DNA from: an uncultured virus (IMG/VR IMGVR_UViG_3300023210_002494)
Taxonomy: Duplodnaviria > Heunggongvirae > Uroviricota > Caudoviricetes
Direction: 5' to 3' (one strand)
DNA: 64,000 bases
Virus record (IMG/VR): IMGVR_UViG_3300023210_002494
Shown: positions 40,434-50,055 of the stretch, in pieces
Layout: each line of letters starts with the position of its first letter
Numbering within the stretch: position 1 is the stretch's first letter
Program-made: the position numbers and the translations under genes
The notes under the pieces: model-generated
What the model saw: only the letters and a program-made list of their open reading frames with translations
What the model was told of the DNA's origin: nothing
The model's database searches: none

Positions 40434-40866
40434 TAAACAACAACACAAAGAATTTAAAGATTACTGCCAATTAAATGAAATTGAAGACATAGATAATTTT
40501 GTTGTTAAATGTGCTAAAGACGGACTAACTCTGGATAAGTATGGTATTGCACCGTTCCTACCAAAATCACAAATACAAGAAGTACCTGTAGAAAAAGAAG
40601 TGATAAAAGAAGTTATTAAAGAAATACCAGTAGAAAAAGAAGTTATAATTGAAAAAATTGTAACAAAGGAGGTTAAAGATACTCAGTTAATTGAAGAATT
40701 AGAAAAACTAAAAAAAGAATTAACTGAAAAAAATAAAATAATAAACAAACAAAAAAATAAAATAAAAGAACAAGATGACGTGTTAGAACATTTTAAAAAC
40801 GTAACTGTAAATAGAAGAACAAAACACATGAGGTCGTCTAACTTAAATGACACTTATTACGATTAA
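40426..40866 (+). CDS. Hypothetical coiled-coil protein with EVPVEKEVIK repeats
   Basis: Tandem (E/K)(V/I) repeats at ~40579-40674. Confidence 0.6.
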   Translation: MLNKQQHKEFKDYCQLNEIEDIDNFVVKCAKDGLTLDKYGIAPFLPKSQIQEVPVEKEVIKEVIKEIPVEKEVIIEKIVTKEVKDTQLIEELEKLKKELTEKNKIINKQKNKIKEQDDVLEHFKNVTVNRRTKHMRSSNLNDTYYD

Positions 40867-40870
40867 AATT

Positions 40871-41194
40871 ATGGAAATATTTATATGGATTATAGCAGCT
40901 TACGGAATGTCAAATATATTAGTATTTGGTAGTATATTTGAAGGACTCAGAGATTTTTTAATAAAAAAGTCAACCTTTTTAGGTGACCTTATACAGTGCA
41001 TGATGTGCACATCAACCTGGGTAGGGTTCTTTTTTTCAGTAGCATTCTTTTCCCCAACATTAGAATTGGTAGTAATACCATACACTAATTGGTTTTTTGA
41101 TGGGATGCTTGCAAGTGGTTCTGTTTGGGCTATAAATGCGATTATCGAGTGGTTTGAAGAAAATAGGATAGACAAAGGTCCCGGTATGTTATAG
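40871..41194 (+). CDS. DUF1360-like membrane protein
   Basis: Start likely at MEIFIW; IFEGLR..LGDLIQCMMCTSTWVG; three hydrophobic segments. Confidence 0.6.
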   Translation: MEIFIWIIAAYGMSNILVFGSIFEGLRDFLIKKSTFLGDLIQCMMCTSTWVGFFFSVAFFSPTLELVVIPYTNWFFDGMLASGSVWAINAIIEWFEENRIDKGPGML

Positions 41195-41195
41195 A

Positions 41196-41224
41196 TTGAT
41201 TTACAACACAAAATACTTTATATT
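41196..41224 (+). promoter_or_regulatory. Sigma70-type promoter TTGATT-N17-TATATT, 6 nt before ATG
   Basis: Read directly. Confidence 0.65.
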
Positions 41225-41230
41225 TTATGT

Positions 41231-42400
41231 ATGGATAAAACTCACATACCACTATTTAAAGTTTTTATGTCACCTTACGCACCAGAAAAAGTTAAAAAAG
41301 TTTTAGAGTCTGGTTTTATCGGTGAAGGGAACCAAGTAAAACTATTCGAAAAAAACTTAAAGAATTATACTGGTTGTGAAAATTTAATAACTACTAATTC
41401 AGCAACTTCAGCAATACACCTAGCAATACATTTAGTTAAGAATAATATTCATGGATATAAAAAATATAATTGGCCTTTGGTAGAAGATGGTGACGAAGTA
41501 CTAACTTGCCCTTTAACTTGTACAGCAACCAATTGGCCAGTACTCGCCAATAATTTAAATTTGAAGTGGGTAGACGTTGATATGAATACCTGTAACATGT
41601 GTCTAGACGACCTAAAAAATAAATTATCAAAAAAAACTAAAATTATAATTCTAGTTCATTGGGGTGGTAACCCAGTAGACTTAGGAAAAATAGAAGAAAT
41701 AAAAACATATTCAGAAAAAAAATATGGATTTAAACCTATAATAATAGAAGACGCTGCACATGCATTTGGTACCGAATACGAAGGAAAAAAGTTAGGTAAT
41801 TTAAAAAATAATCACATAGTAGTACATAGTTTCCAAGCCATAAAACACATAACTAGTATTGATGGTGGGTGTATCATATTTCCAGACAAAAAATTAACAA
41901 AACAAGCAAGACTTATGAGATGGTATGGTATTGACAGAGATGATAACACTAAAGACTTTAGGTGTGAAAGTAATATTTCTGAATGGGGATTCAAATTTCA
42001 TATGAATGATGTATGTGCTACAGTAGGTGTTGAAAATTTAAAATATGTAAATAAATTACTTAAAGTTAATAGAAAAAACGCAAAGTATTACAGTGAAAAC
42101 CTAAAAGACAACCCCAAGATAGAACTAATAAATGTAAATAAAAAAAATAACCCTTCTTATTGGGTTTACACTGTCAAAGTACAAAACCAAAAAAAATTCA
42201 TAGAAAAAATGGATAAGAATAATATAATGGTTAGTAGAGTGCACGAAAGAAACGATAAACATTCGTGTGTATTTAAGTACGTTACCAAATTACCTAACAT
42301 AGATAAGATGGTCGAAGAAATGATATGTTTACCTGTAGGTTGGTGGGTAACTAAAAAAGAAATTAAAAAAATAGTAAAAATTATAAATGATGGTTGGTAG
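41231..42400 (+). CDS. DegT/DnrJ/EryC1/StrS PLP-dependent sugar aminotransferase
   Basis: NSATSAIHLA; VHWGG; IIEDAAHAFG; SFQAIKHITSIDGG (PLP lysine); GFKFHMND; CLPVG. Confidence 0.9.
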   Translation: MDKTHIPLFKVFMSPYAPEKVKKVLESGFIGEGNQVKLFEKNLKNYTGCENLITTNSATSAIHLAIHLVKNNIHGYKKYNWPLVEDGDEVLTCPLTCTATNWPVLANNLNLKWVDVDMNTCNMCLDDLKNKLSKKTKIIILVHWGGNPVDLGKIEEIKTYSEKKYGFKPIIIEDAAHAFGTEYEGKKLGNLKNNHIVVHSFQAIKHITSIDGGCIIFPDKKLTKQARLMRWYGIDRDDNTKDFRCESNISEWGFKFHMNDVCATVGVENLKYVNKLLKVNRKNAKYYSENLKDNPKIELINVNKKNNPSYWVYTVKVQNQKKFIEKMDKNNIMVSRVHERNDKHSCVFKYVTKLPNIDKMVEEMICLPVGWWVTKKEIKKIVKIINDGW

Positions 42401-43445
42401 TAAAACTATATCTTGTATTATTTTAAACTGTTTAAATGATTTGTTTATTAAGGAAAGACTCATACCTAGTATTAAAAGAACAACAGAACACCTAAATGAT
42501 TGGGTAATAGAAATTATTGTGGTGGACAGTAGTCCATCCCAAGACTTCCAAATGAACGGAATTAAAGTAATTAAATCGACACCTTACCACATACCAAAGG
42601 CCTATAATCTAGCTGTAAAAAAAAGTAACAATCACTATATTGCCTTATTTCATGATGATGTGGATATATTAGACTATAATTGGGTATTAAAAACAACATC
42701 TAATCTATCAGAAGAAATATATGCTGTGGGTCCAGACCTATGCACTACTTTACCACACAAAAAATTTAAAATAAAATTTTTTTTAAAAGAAGCACCTATG
42801 ATTATGGAAAGAGAAAAATTTTGGGAAATTGGTGGATACGATGAAGAGTATTACTTTGGTTATGAAGATGTAAAACTATCTAATGCTATACATAATTTAG
42901 AAAAAAAAATTAAAAAAGTTAGGTTGGAATGTTTACATTTTGGGGGGACTACTAGTGTTTTAATAACACACAATAGTGAAATACAAAAAAAACTTAAAAA
43001 AGAAATATTAAAATTTTATACCGTTAAAGAACATAATAATTTTTTATTAAAACATCCCGATATTAAAGTAGTAAAAACTAGTATTTTAAAACGTTTTAAA
43101 TCACCATTAATGTGGATTTTAATGTTTATATTTAACAAATCTATTTACATAAAAAATATAAAAAGAATAGCTGATAATTTGGGTATGAGATATGTACACG
43201 ACCATTGGAAAATAGAAAGAGTACCCGCTGAATTATATGAACTTTTACTGCCTAAAAGTGCTAAAGAAATGGATTTATATTTAAGAGATATTAAAGAAAA
43301 TAAAAATGGTGAATTATATGGTAAATTAGAAAAATGGAAAAATAAAAAATTTGAAGAATACATTACTAGTGATAGAGCAAATCTTGATAGGATTAACTTT
43401 AAAAATATGTTTATTAAAATAAAAAAAATTATATGGGAAAATTAA
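42387..43445 (+). CDS. Glycosyltransferase family 2
   Basis: EIIVVDS; AYNLAV; LFHDD; IGGYDEEYYFGYEDV. Confidence 0.8.
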   Translation: MMVGSKTISCIILNCLNDLFIKERLIPSIKRTTEHLNDWVIEIIVVDSSPSQDFQMNGIKVIKSTPYHIPKAYNLAVKKSNNHYIALFHDDVDILDYNWVLKTTSNLSEEIYAVGPDLCTTLPHKKFKIKFFLKEAPMIMEREKFWEIGGYDEEYYFGYEDVKLSNAIHNLEKKIKKVRLECLHFGGTTSVLITHNSEIQKKLKKEILKFYTVKEHNNFLLKHPDIKVVKTSILKRFKSPLMWILMFIFNKSIYIKNIKRIADNLGMRYVHDHWKIERVPAELYELLLPKSAKEMDLYLRDIKENKNGELYGKLEKWKNKKFEEYITSDRANLDRINFKNMFIKIKKIIWEN

Positions 43446-45763
43446 AAAAATTAGAAAATCCTTTTATTAAAGTTACTTGGGAAGACATACCAGAAAACTT
43501 TACACAAGAAAGAATAAAAAGAGTTAGAAGTTATTTCCAAAATAAATACAATTCTAAAAACATAACTATTTTAACAAGGGGGGTGGATAGAAAATCGGGT
43601 AAAGAACTAGACCTAGACCTAGAACAAAATATATTAGACACAGCATACCAAAGAAATCTTATGTCTCAGTTTGTTATGGCTAATGATATGGGTGTGGATG
43701 TAGATTTACTAAAAAGGTTAGATGATAAGGTAAACGCCGAATTAGCAGATAATTTAGAAATAGACACTAAGTACAAAAGAGTATATATTAAAAACATTAA
43801 ATTTTCTAATTTTTTATCTTTTGGTGATGACAATTACCTGGACATTAAAAAATTAGGTGGTATTACAGTAATAGATTCTAACCCACCTAACTTTGGGGGT
43901 AAGTCGGTTTTAGCGGTAGATTTAATATTATTTCTTTTCTTTAATACCACCACAAAAACTACTAAAGCTGTTGAAATATTTAATAGATTTAAAAAATCTA
44001 ACGAAGTTTTTGTTCAGGGGGAGGTTGAAATTGATGGTCGTGATTATATAATTGTTAGAAAAATAAAGAGAAGAAAAACAAAAAAAGGTGATTGGTCTGT
44101 CAGTACTAGTTTAGAATTTTTAGAAAGAAAATCTGATGGTAGTTTACAAAATTTTACAGGTGAACAAAGGAGAGAAACAGAAAAATTCATTAAAGAATCT
44201 ATAGGTACCATGAATGATTTTCTACTTACAGTTCTAACCACAGCATCAAACTTAGAATCATTAATAGAATCGAAACCAACCGAAAGAGGAAATGTATTAA
44301 GTAGGTTTATAGGGTTAGAAGTACTAAAAGACAAAGAAATTTTATGTAAAGAAATGTATTCTAAATGGTCAAAAACTTTAATTTCTAATGTTTACAACAT
44401 TGAAGACTTAAAAAAAGATATACTTGACGAAACAGAAGAAAAAAACAAATTAACAAAAGATAATATTATTTATGACAAAGATTTAAAACAGTACATAGCC
44501 AAACTAGATAAAAAAAATAATCTAAGAGATGACCTAATAAGTAAAAAAGTAACAGACATAGATAAAGAAGTGCAAAATGTTAACCCTAGACTCATAGAAG
44601 AAAAAATCACAGAAGATAATAAAATACTAAAAAACCTCAACCTAAAACTAAAAGCTTACGGCGACAAAGAAATACCAGAAGAAATAGATTTAGAATTGTT
44701 AAGGGTAACAAATAATGAAAAAAATGAGTTACACATACAAACAGTGAAAAATAAAACAAATTTAAATAATTTAAAAAATAATTTAAAAAATTTAATAGAG
44801 TCTGAAATTTGTCCAACATGTAAACAAACACTTAAAGATGTAGACCATAGTGATGAAATAGAAAGATTAAAAAAAGAAATAGATTTACTATTAAAAAATG
44901 TTGAATTAGATGAAAATAAATTAAAAAAACTAGAACAAAGTGTTGAATCGTTAAATACAAAAAAATTAATTTTTGATGAGTACGAAAAAGAGACTTTAAA
45001 AAAAGAAAGGTTAATTTTAGAGGTTGGACAAAAAGATTTAGAAATTAATAAATTAAAAAACAAATTATCTAAATGGAAAAATAATAAAGAGAGGTTGGAA
45101 AATAATATTAAATTAGAGAAAGAAATTTTAATTATTAACTCGGATATAGATATTATAAAAAATAAAAAAGAAAATTTATTTAAAGAGATAGAATATAACA
45201 AAAATAGGGTAGAAACGTTAAATGATTCCACTAAAGATAAAAATTTAAAAATAGAAAAGATTAAAAAAGAAAACGATGTTGAAAAAATATTTCGTACATA
45301 TTTGACTGTTTTTGGTAAAAACGGGATAATTAAAACAATTGTTAAATCGGTAGTACCAAAATTAAATAATGAGTTAATGAGGTTATTATCTGATGTGACA
45401 AATTTTATGGTGGAAATTAGAGTAAATGAAAAAAATGAAGTGGAGTTTTGGATGGTGGACAGTCAAACCCAAGTAGAAAAACTATTGTCAACTGGTAGTG
45501 GGTTTGAAAAAACACTATCTTCTTTAGCTATAAGAACAGTACTTACCAAAGTTTCTTGTTTACCAAGACCTAACATAACTGTTTTTGATGAGGTATTAGG
45601 TAAAGTAAGTAATGAAAACTTAGACCAAGTAGGGGTTTTCTTTAGTAGAATTAAAGATTATTTTGAAAATGTATTTCTTATAACACACAATCCATTAGTA
45701 AGGGAATGGGGGGACAATACAATAACAATAAAGAAAGAAAGTAATATTTCACAACTTATTTAA
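43433..45763 (+). CDS. SbcC/Rad50 (T4 gp46-like) SMC ATPase with extra N-terminal domain
   Basis: IKFSNFLSFG; Walker A NFGGKS; zinc hook CPTC; long coiled coil; SGFE signature; Walker B VFDE; LITH. Confidence 0.9.
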   Translation: MGKLKKLENPFIKVTWEDIPENFTQERIKRVRSYFQNKYNSKNITILTRGVDRKSGKELDLDLEQNILDTAYQRNLMSQFVMANDMGVDVDLLKRLDDKVNAELADNLEIDTKYKRVYIKNIKFSNFLSFGDDNYLDIKKLGGITVIDSNPPNFGGKSVLAVDLILFLFFNTTTKTTKAVEIFNRFKKSNEVFVQGEVEIDGRDYIIVRKIKRRKTKKGDWSVSTSLEFLERKSDGSLQNFTGEQRRETEKFIKESIGTMNDFLLTVLTTASNLESLIESKPTERGNVLSRFIGLEVLKDKEILCKEMYSKWSKTLISNVYNIEDLKKDILDETEEKNKLTKDNIIYDKDLKQYIAKLDKKNNLRDDLISKKVTDIDKEVQNVNPRLIEEKITEDNKILKNLNLKLKAYGDKEIPEEIDLELLRVTNNEKNELHIQTVKNKTNLNNLKNNLKNLIESEICPTCKQTLKDVDHSDEIERLKKEIDLLLKNVELDENKLKKLEQSVESLNTKKLIFDEYEKETLKKERLILEVGQKDLEINKLKNKLSKWKNNKERLENNIKLEKEILIINSDIDIIKNKKENLFKEIEYNKNRVETLNDSTKDKNLKIEKIKKENDVEKIFRTYLTVFGKNGIIKTIVKSVVPKLNNELMRLLSDVTNFMVEIRVNEKNEVEFWMVDSQTQVEKLLSTGSGFEKTLSSLAIRTVLTKVSCLPRPNITVFDEVLGKVSNENLDQVGVFFSRIKDYFENVFLITHNPLVREWGDNTITIKKESNISQLI

Positions 45764-45775
45764 ATATTTATAAGA

Positions 45776-46336
45776 ATGAAACCTAGAATAAAAAAATACC
45801 TATTATTTATGTTTGGTAATTGGGATACCATAGAAAAAAACGCTCCTTTAATGAATAATATAAGAGACTTAATGGACACCATAGTATCATCAAACGAGTT
45901 TACATTTGTCACGGGAGATAAGGTTATTATAATGTGTTTAAAATCTGAATTATCCTTTGAAGACGTTAATCAAATACTAGAAGAGTTTTTAGAACCAAAC
46001 ATAAGTACTTATTTTTTAATGCCTAAACCTAGAAAATTAGGGTACAGATTAGACAAAAATCTAGAAAGTCACCTATTTGGTAATGGACCAATAAGACCCC
46101 AATTAAATATAGACCCAAGAGTGGCAAAAGCACTAACATCACAATTAAAAAGTCTAATGGACAACAAAGTTAATAGACTTAAAGAAGTCCTACTTAACCC
46201 AATTGAAAAAATTAATACTAAAAATAAGTTAAGACCTTTGAATGTTGATAAAGTTTTAGATAAAATAATAGATGAAGGTATAGAAAGTTTAACTGAAGAC
46301 GAACTTGATTTCTTAAAAAAATATAATAATATTTAA
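45776..46336 (+). CDS. Hypothetical protein with C-terminal DUF6576-like helix pair
   Basis: VDKVLDKIIDEGIESLTEDELDFLKKY; TATTTAT upstream at 45765. Confidence 0.55.
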   Translation: MKPRIKKYLLFMFGNWDTIEKNAPLMNNIRDLMDTIVSSNEFTFVTGDKVIIMCLKSELSFEDVNQILEEFLEPNISTYFLMPKPRKLGYRLDKNLESHLFGNGPIRPQLNIDPRVAKALTSQLKSLMDNKVNRLKEVLLNPIEKINTKNKLRPLNVDKVLDKIIDEGIESLTEDELDFLKKYNNI

Positions 46337-46364
46337 AAAAGAATAAATTTAAAAAAATTATAAC

Positions 46365-46712
46365 ATGAAATTTAATACTAACGACTATAAACTTTCCCTA
46401 TTTACCGAAAATGTGTGTGAAGATTGCTCCAAACTAAAAGATATTTTAAAAAATAATAATATTTCTTTTTCAGATAAATCTATAACTAAAGTAACTGAAA
46501 CTAATAACAACAATAGGTGGGACTTTATAGACGCTGAAAGAGAAAATAATGGTTTTAATTGGTTTACCCCTGTATTAATAATAGAAGATTCAGAAGGTAA
46601 CACAACCTATATCCCTTCAGTACAAGATACTGTTAATTGTGATGATGGGTTGTGCATAAATGACGTAACATCAGAAAATGTATTAAAAGTATTAAAACCA
46701 TACTTTAAATAA
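46365..46712 (+). CDS. Glutaredoxin/thioredoxin-fold protein
   Basis: LFTENVCEDCSKLKDILKNNNISF...FTPVLII (CxxC plus TP motif). Confidence 0.65.
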   Translation: MKFNTNDYKLSLFTENVCEDCSKLKDILKNNNISFSDKSITKVTETNNNNRWDFIDAERENNGFNWFTPVLIIEDSEGNTTYIPSVQDTVNCDDGLCINDVTSENVLKVLKPYFK

Positions 46713-46784
46713 TACCAAAACTTTACCACAACAAATTACCATAAGTAAGATTTATTTTGTATATTTGTAACCTATTTTGTTTAA

Positions 46785-46826
46785 ACTGACAAAAAGTCAG
46801 TAAAAATAATATGGTATACTATTTGT
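46785..46826 (+). promoter_or_regulatory. Palindrome ACTGAC-N5-GTCAGT plus sigma54-like TGGTATACTATTTGT (GG-N10-GT) upstream of the sigma gene
   Basis: Read directly in the longest intergenic gap; a TATATTTG (Bacteroidota -7 box) is also present at 46760-46767. Confidence 0.5.
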
Positions 46827-46870
46827 ACTACAATAGTTAAATTAACGTTTAATAAATAAAAATTACTTAC

Positions 46871-47668
46871 ATGACAAAAAATACATTTATAAATCAGGCA
46901 GAAATTTCACAATACTTAAAAGATGTTAGAAAAAGAAAAATTTTAACACCAGCTAGAGAAAAAGAATTAGCTAAATTGATGTTAAGTAACGAATTGTCCC
47001 TAGTGGAAAAAGAACAAGTACACCTAGAATTATTAGAAGGTAACTTAAGATTTGTTATCAGTGTAGCAAAAGACTACCAAGGACAAGGTGTAGATTTACC
47101 AGACCTAATAGCAGAAGGAAATTATGGGTTATTAAAAGCAATTACTAATTTTAAATGGGAAAAAGGGTTTAGATTTATTTCTTACGCTGTTTGGTGGGTA
47201 AAACAATCTATTTTACAATCACTTAATGAACACGCTAGAACAATAAGACTACCAGTAAACATTATTCAAGAATTACACAAAGAAAAAAAGAAGGTTGGTG
47301 AAGAAATAACAAAATTAAATAGTAAATTAGCTTTATTACCTAAAACAATAAATTACGATAAACCTATTAATGACGAAGGTGATACATTAATTGATATTTT
47401 AGAAAATAGAGATGCTGATAATCCAGAAGATATTTTTGCTCACGAAGTCAACCTAAAAGACGAGTTAACTAAATTAATGTCTGGGTTAGACAATAGAGAA
47501 AAAAACATAATAATAGATTATTATGGATTACACAATACTCCAATGACACTACAAGAAATAGGCGACGAACTATCATTAACAAAAGAAAGAGTAAGACAAA
47601 TTAAGGAAAAAGCTCTACGTAAATTAAGAAATGACAGCTATCAACTGCTAGAATACCTAACTGATTAA
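46871..47668 (+). CDS. RNA polymerase sigma70 factor (RpoD/SigA family, Bacteroidota-like)
   Basis: QYLKDV; NLRFVISVAKDYQ; DLIAEGNYGL; GFRFISYAVWWVKQSI; RTIRLP; TLQEIG..LTKERVRQIKEKALRKLR. Confidence 0.92.
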   Translation: MTKNTFINQAEISQYLKDVRKRKILTPAREKELAKLMLSNELSLVEKEQVHLELLEGNLRFVISVAKDYQGQGVDLPDLIAEGNYGLLKAITNFKWEKGFRFISYAVWWVKQSILQSLNEHARTIRLPVNIIQELHKEKKKVGEEITKLNSKLALLPKTINYDKPINDEGDTLIDILENRDADNPEDIFAHEVNLKDELTKLMSGLDNREKNIIIDYYGLHNTPMTLQEIGDELSLTKERVRQIKEKALRKLRNDSYQLLEYLTD

Positions 47669-47690
47669 TATTTATCATTAAAGATAAAAA
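47669..47690 (+). promoter_or_regulatory. Putative late promoter plus leader TATTTATCATTAAAGATAAAAA
   Basis: Near-identical to 29770-29791; directly precedes ATG 47691. Confidence 0.65.
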
Positions 47691-49016
47691 ATGAAAAAAA
47701 GATTATTTCCATTACTAATAGCTTTATCTGCTGTAGCGGTTTCTGGTTCGGCAGCTTTCTATTCTGTGTTTGGGTTAAGTAAATTATTTGCTGGTGCAAG
47801 TACACAAGTTATAATAATGGCTGGTTCATTAGAATTTGCGAAACTAGTTGTAGCTTCACTCCTGTACCAATACTGGGACACAATAAATAAGTGGTTAAGA
47901 ACATATTTAGCGATAGCTTGTTTTGTTTTAATATTAATAACATCAGGTGGTATATATGGGTTTCTATCAGGAGCGTATCAATCAACCGCTACTCAGTCAG
48001 AACTATTAGATAAGTCATTAATGATTCTTAATCAGAAGCAAGTCAGGTTTCAAGAAACAAAAGAAGACTTAACACTTGAAAAAACTCAAATAAACAAATC
48101 TATTTCTGATTTAAGGATATCATTATCTAACCCACAACAAGTATCATGGTATGATAAAAATTCTGAAACAGTCATCACATCCACATCTAGTTCAGCAAGA
48201 AGAGCATTACAATCTGAATTAAAAACTACAATTGCAGATAGAGATGGTATTAATATTAAAATAGAGGCTGTAATGGATTCTATTAACAAAACTGATATGG
48301 CATTATTAGATAAAGAGATGTCTAATGAAGCTGAAAGTGAACTAGGCCCATTAAAATATTTAGCAGAAACTACAGGTAAACCTATGAACGAAGTTGTTAA
48401 CTGGTTCTTATTACTTATTATATTTGTATTTGACCCATTAGCTATAGCATTAGTAGTAGCGGCTAATATGGCATTTGCTCAAATAAAAAAGAATAGACCT
48501 GTTGTTAGAATGTCAGTACCAGAGGGTATGGAATTTAATAGACCATATACGATAGAAAAAAAAGACTTAGTAATGGATGACATGGAAGATACCCCAAGAG
48601 AAGAATTAAATATAGATGAAAAAAGAATGAATGTTATTGGACAAAATGGCAATGATGGTTTACACTATGACGATATAGACACACCATTAGATAGGTTAAC
48701 AGATACAACACAAACACTAATAGTTAATAAAAAAGATAAGGTTAGGGTAATTAACTCGGAAAAAGACCTAAATGATGAAGAGTTAAACGAACTAAGTAGA
48801 GAGATTGGTAAAACAGAAATAAAAGAAGAAATCATACCCATAAACCCAACTAAAGAAGAGCTTGAAAAATTAGCTAAAGTACTTAATATTAAGTATAGTG
48901 ACGAAAATGTTGAGCTAGACAGATTAACAGACACAACACAAACACTAGAACATAAAATAGTTAAAACTAAAGATTCTAAAGATAAAAACACACTTAAATA
49001 TGAAGGTAGAAAATAA
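47691..49016 (+). CDS. Membrane protein: three N-terminal TM segments, coiled coil, then a further TM segment
   Basis: SAAFYSVFGL; LEFAKLV; TSGGIYGFLS; ELGPLKYLA; IIFVFDPLAI. Confidence 0.7.
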   Translation: MKKRLFPLLIALSAVAVSGSAAFYSVFGLSKLFAGASTQVIIMAGSLEFAKLVVASLLYQYWDTINKWLRTYLAIACFVLILITSGGIYGFLSGAYQSTATQSELLDKSLMILNQKQVRFQETKEDLTLEKTQINKSISDLRISLSNPQQVSWYDKNSETVITSTSSSARRALQSELKTTIADRDGINIKIEAVMDSINKTDMALLDKEMSNEAESELGPLKYLAETTGKPMNEVVNWFLLLIIFVFDPLAIALVVAANMAFAQIKKNRPVVRMSVPEGMEFNRPYTIEKKDLVMDDMEDTPREELNIDEKRMNVIGQNGNDGLHYDDIDTPLDRLTDTTQTLIVNKKDKVRVINSEKDLNDEELNELSREIGKTEIKEEIIPINPTKEELEKLAKVLNIKYSDENVELDRLTDTTQTLEHKIVKTKDSKDKNTLKYEGRK

Positions 49017-49530
49017 ACAAATTCTACTATGTAATAGTAATAGAAACCAAAAAGATTTCCTAAAATCATTAAAAATAAGACTAAATGGGGAGTATAAAAA
49101 AATACCCAATTACCTAATTGATAAAAGTGGTAAAGTTCATAATTTAAATAAAAAAGATGTAACTTCACATTATTTAGATGGTTATACAGATAAAGGTGTC
49201 GTTATTATTTGTTTAGAAAATATGGGTTGGTTAAAAAAAAGAAGTAAAGATGGTAAGTTTGTTAACTGGTTAGGGGATATTTATAATAATGAAGTCCATG
49301 AGAAAAAATGGAGAGGTAAATACTTTTGGGATGGCTATAGTGAAAAACAAATGAAAAGTGCTTTAAAACTAATCAAAAAAGTTTGTGATAAAGAAAAAAT
49401 ACCTAAAAATTTTATTGGACATAATGTTTTAGTTGATGGGGTCGAAAATTTTAAAGGTATTGTCTCAAGAAGTAATTACAACGAATACTGGACGGACATA
49501 AACCCATCATTTAATTTTGAATTACTATGA
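49000..49530 (+). CDS. Amidase_2 (N-acetylmuramoyl-L-alanine amidase)-like protein, possibly catalytically degenerate
   Basis: NYLIDKSGKV; IICLEN; YSEKQMKSALKL; IGHN; TDINPSF; the first Zn-ligand His is apparently absent (ILLCNS). Confidence 0.55.
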   Translation: MKVENKQILLCNSNRNQKDFLKSLKIRLNGEYKKIPNYLIDKSGKVHNLNKKDVTSHYLDGYTDKGVVIICLENMGWLKKRSKDGKFVNWLGDIYNNEVHEKKWRGKYFWDGYSEKQMKSALKLIKKVCDKEKIPKNFIGHNVLVDGVENFKGIVSRSNYNEYWTDINPSFNFELL

Positions 49531-50054
49531 AAAAAACGATTATTAGAAACCAAACTCAATACCACAATGAGCAGTATGATGAAATGAAATCTCTTTTAAA
49601 TAAATCTAAAAGATTATTTGAACAAGTAGAAGACATTGAAATGCAAAGAGAAGAAGAACAAATAAAAGAGTACGAAGTATCTAGTGGTAAAATAGTTGTA
49701 CACGGTTATAGTACTACAGATATTACACTTACTGATGAAGAAAAAAATACCTACCAGGAAACAATGGATGATTTTATAGAACAAGTTTCTGACCTGGTAG
49801 ATTACAATTCGTTAAATATATATGAAAATAATGTGGAATGGTCTGGTAATTTAGTTAAACTTGACACAGAATTTTTCTATAGTGTTGGTGAAAGAAATGG
49901 GGTATATATAACAGGGAGTATGGTAAAATTAGATGAAGAAGCTTTAGAAATATTAAGTAATTTAAAAAATTATTACCAGATGTTCTCAACAAAATGGGCA
50001 AAAGTATTGGCAGACAGAAAGTCAACTAACAAAAGAGAAGAAGAAAACGAATAG
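49527..50054 (+). CDS. Hypothetical acidic protein (possibly head-associated)
   Basis: 175-aa ORF, Glu-rich, RLFEQ motif. Confidence 0.55.
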   Translation: MKKTIIRNQTQYHNEQYDEMKSLLNKSKRLFEQVEDIEMQREEEQIKEYEVSSGKIVVHGYSTTDITLTDEEKNTYQETMDDFIEQVSDLVDYNSLNIYENNVEWSGNLVKLDTEFFYSVGERNGVYITGSMVKLDEEALEILSNLKNYYQMFSTKWAKVLADRKSTNKREEENE

Positions 50055-50055
50055 T

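Noticed and set aside
46713..46870. tRNA or structured ncRNA in the largest intergenic gap
   Set aside because: No cloverleaf or T-loop motif; the content is better explained as promoter elements
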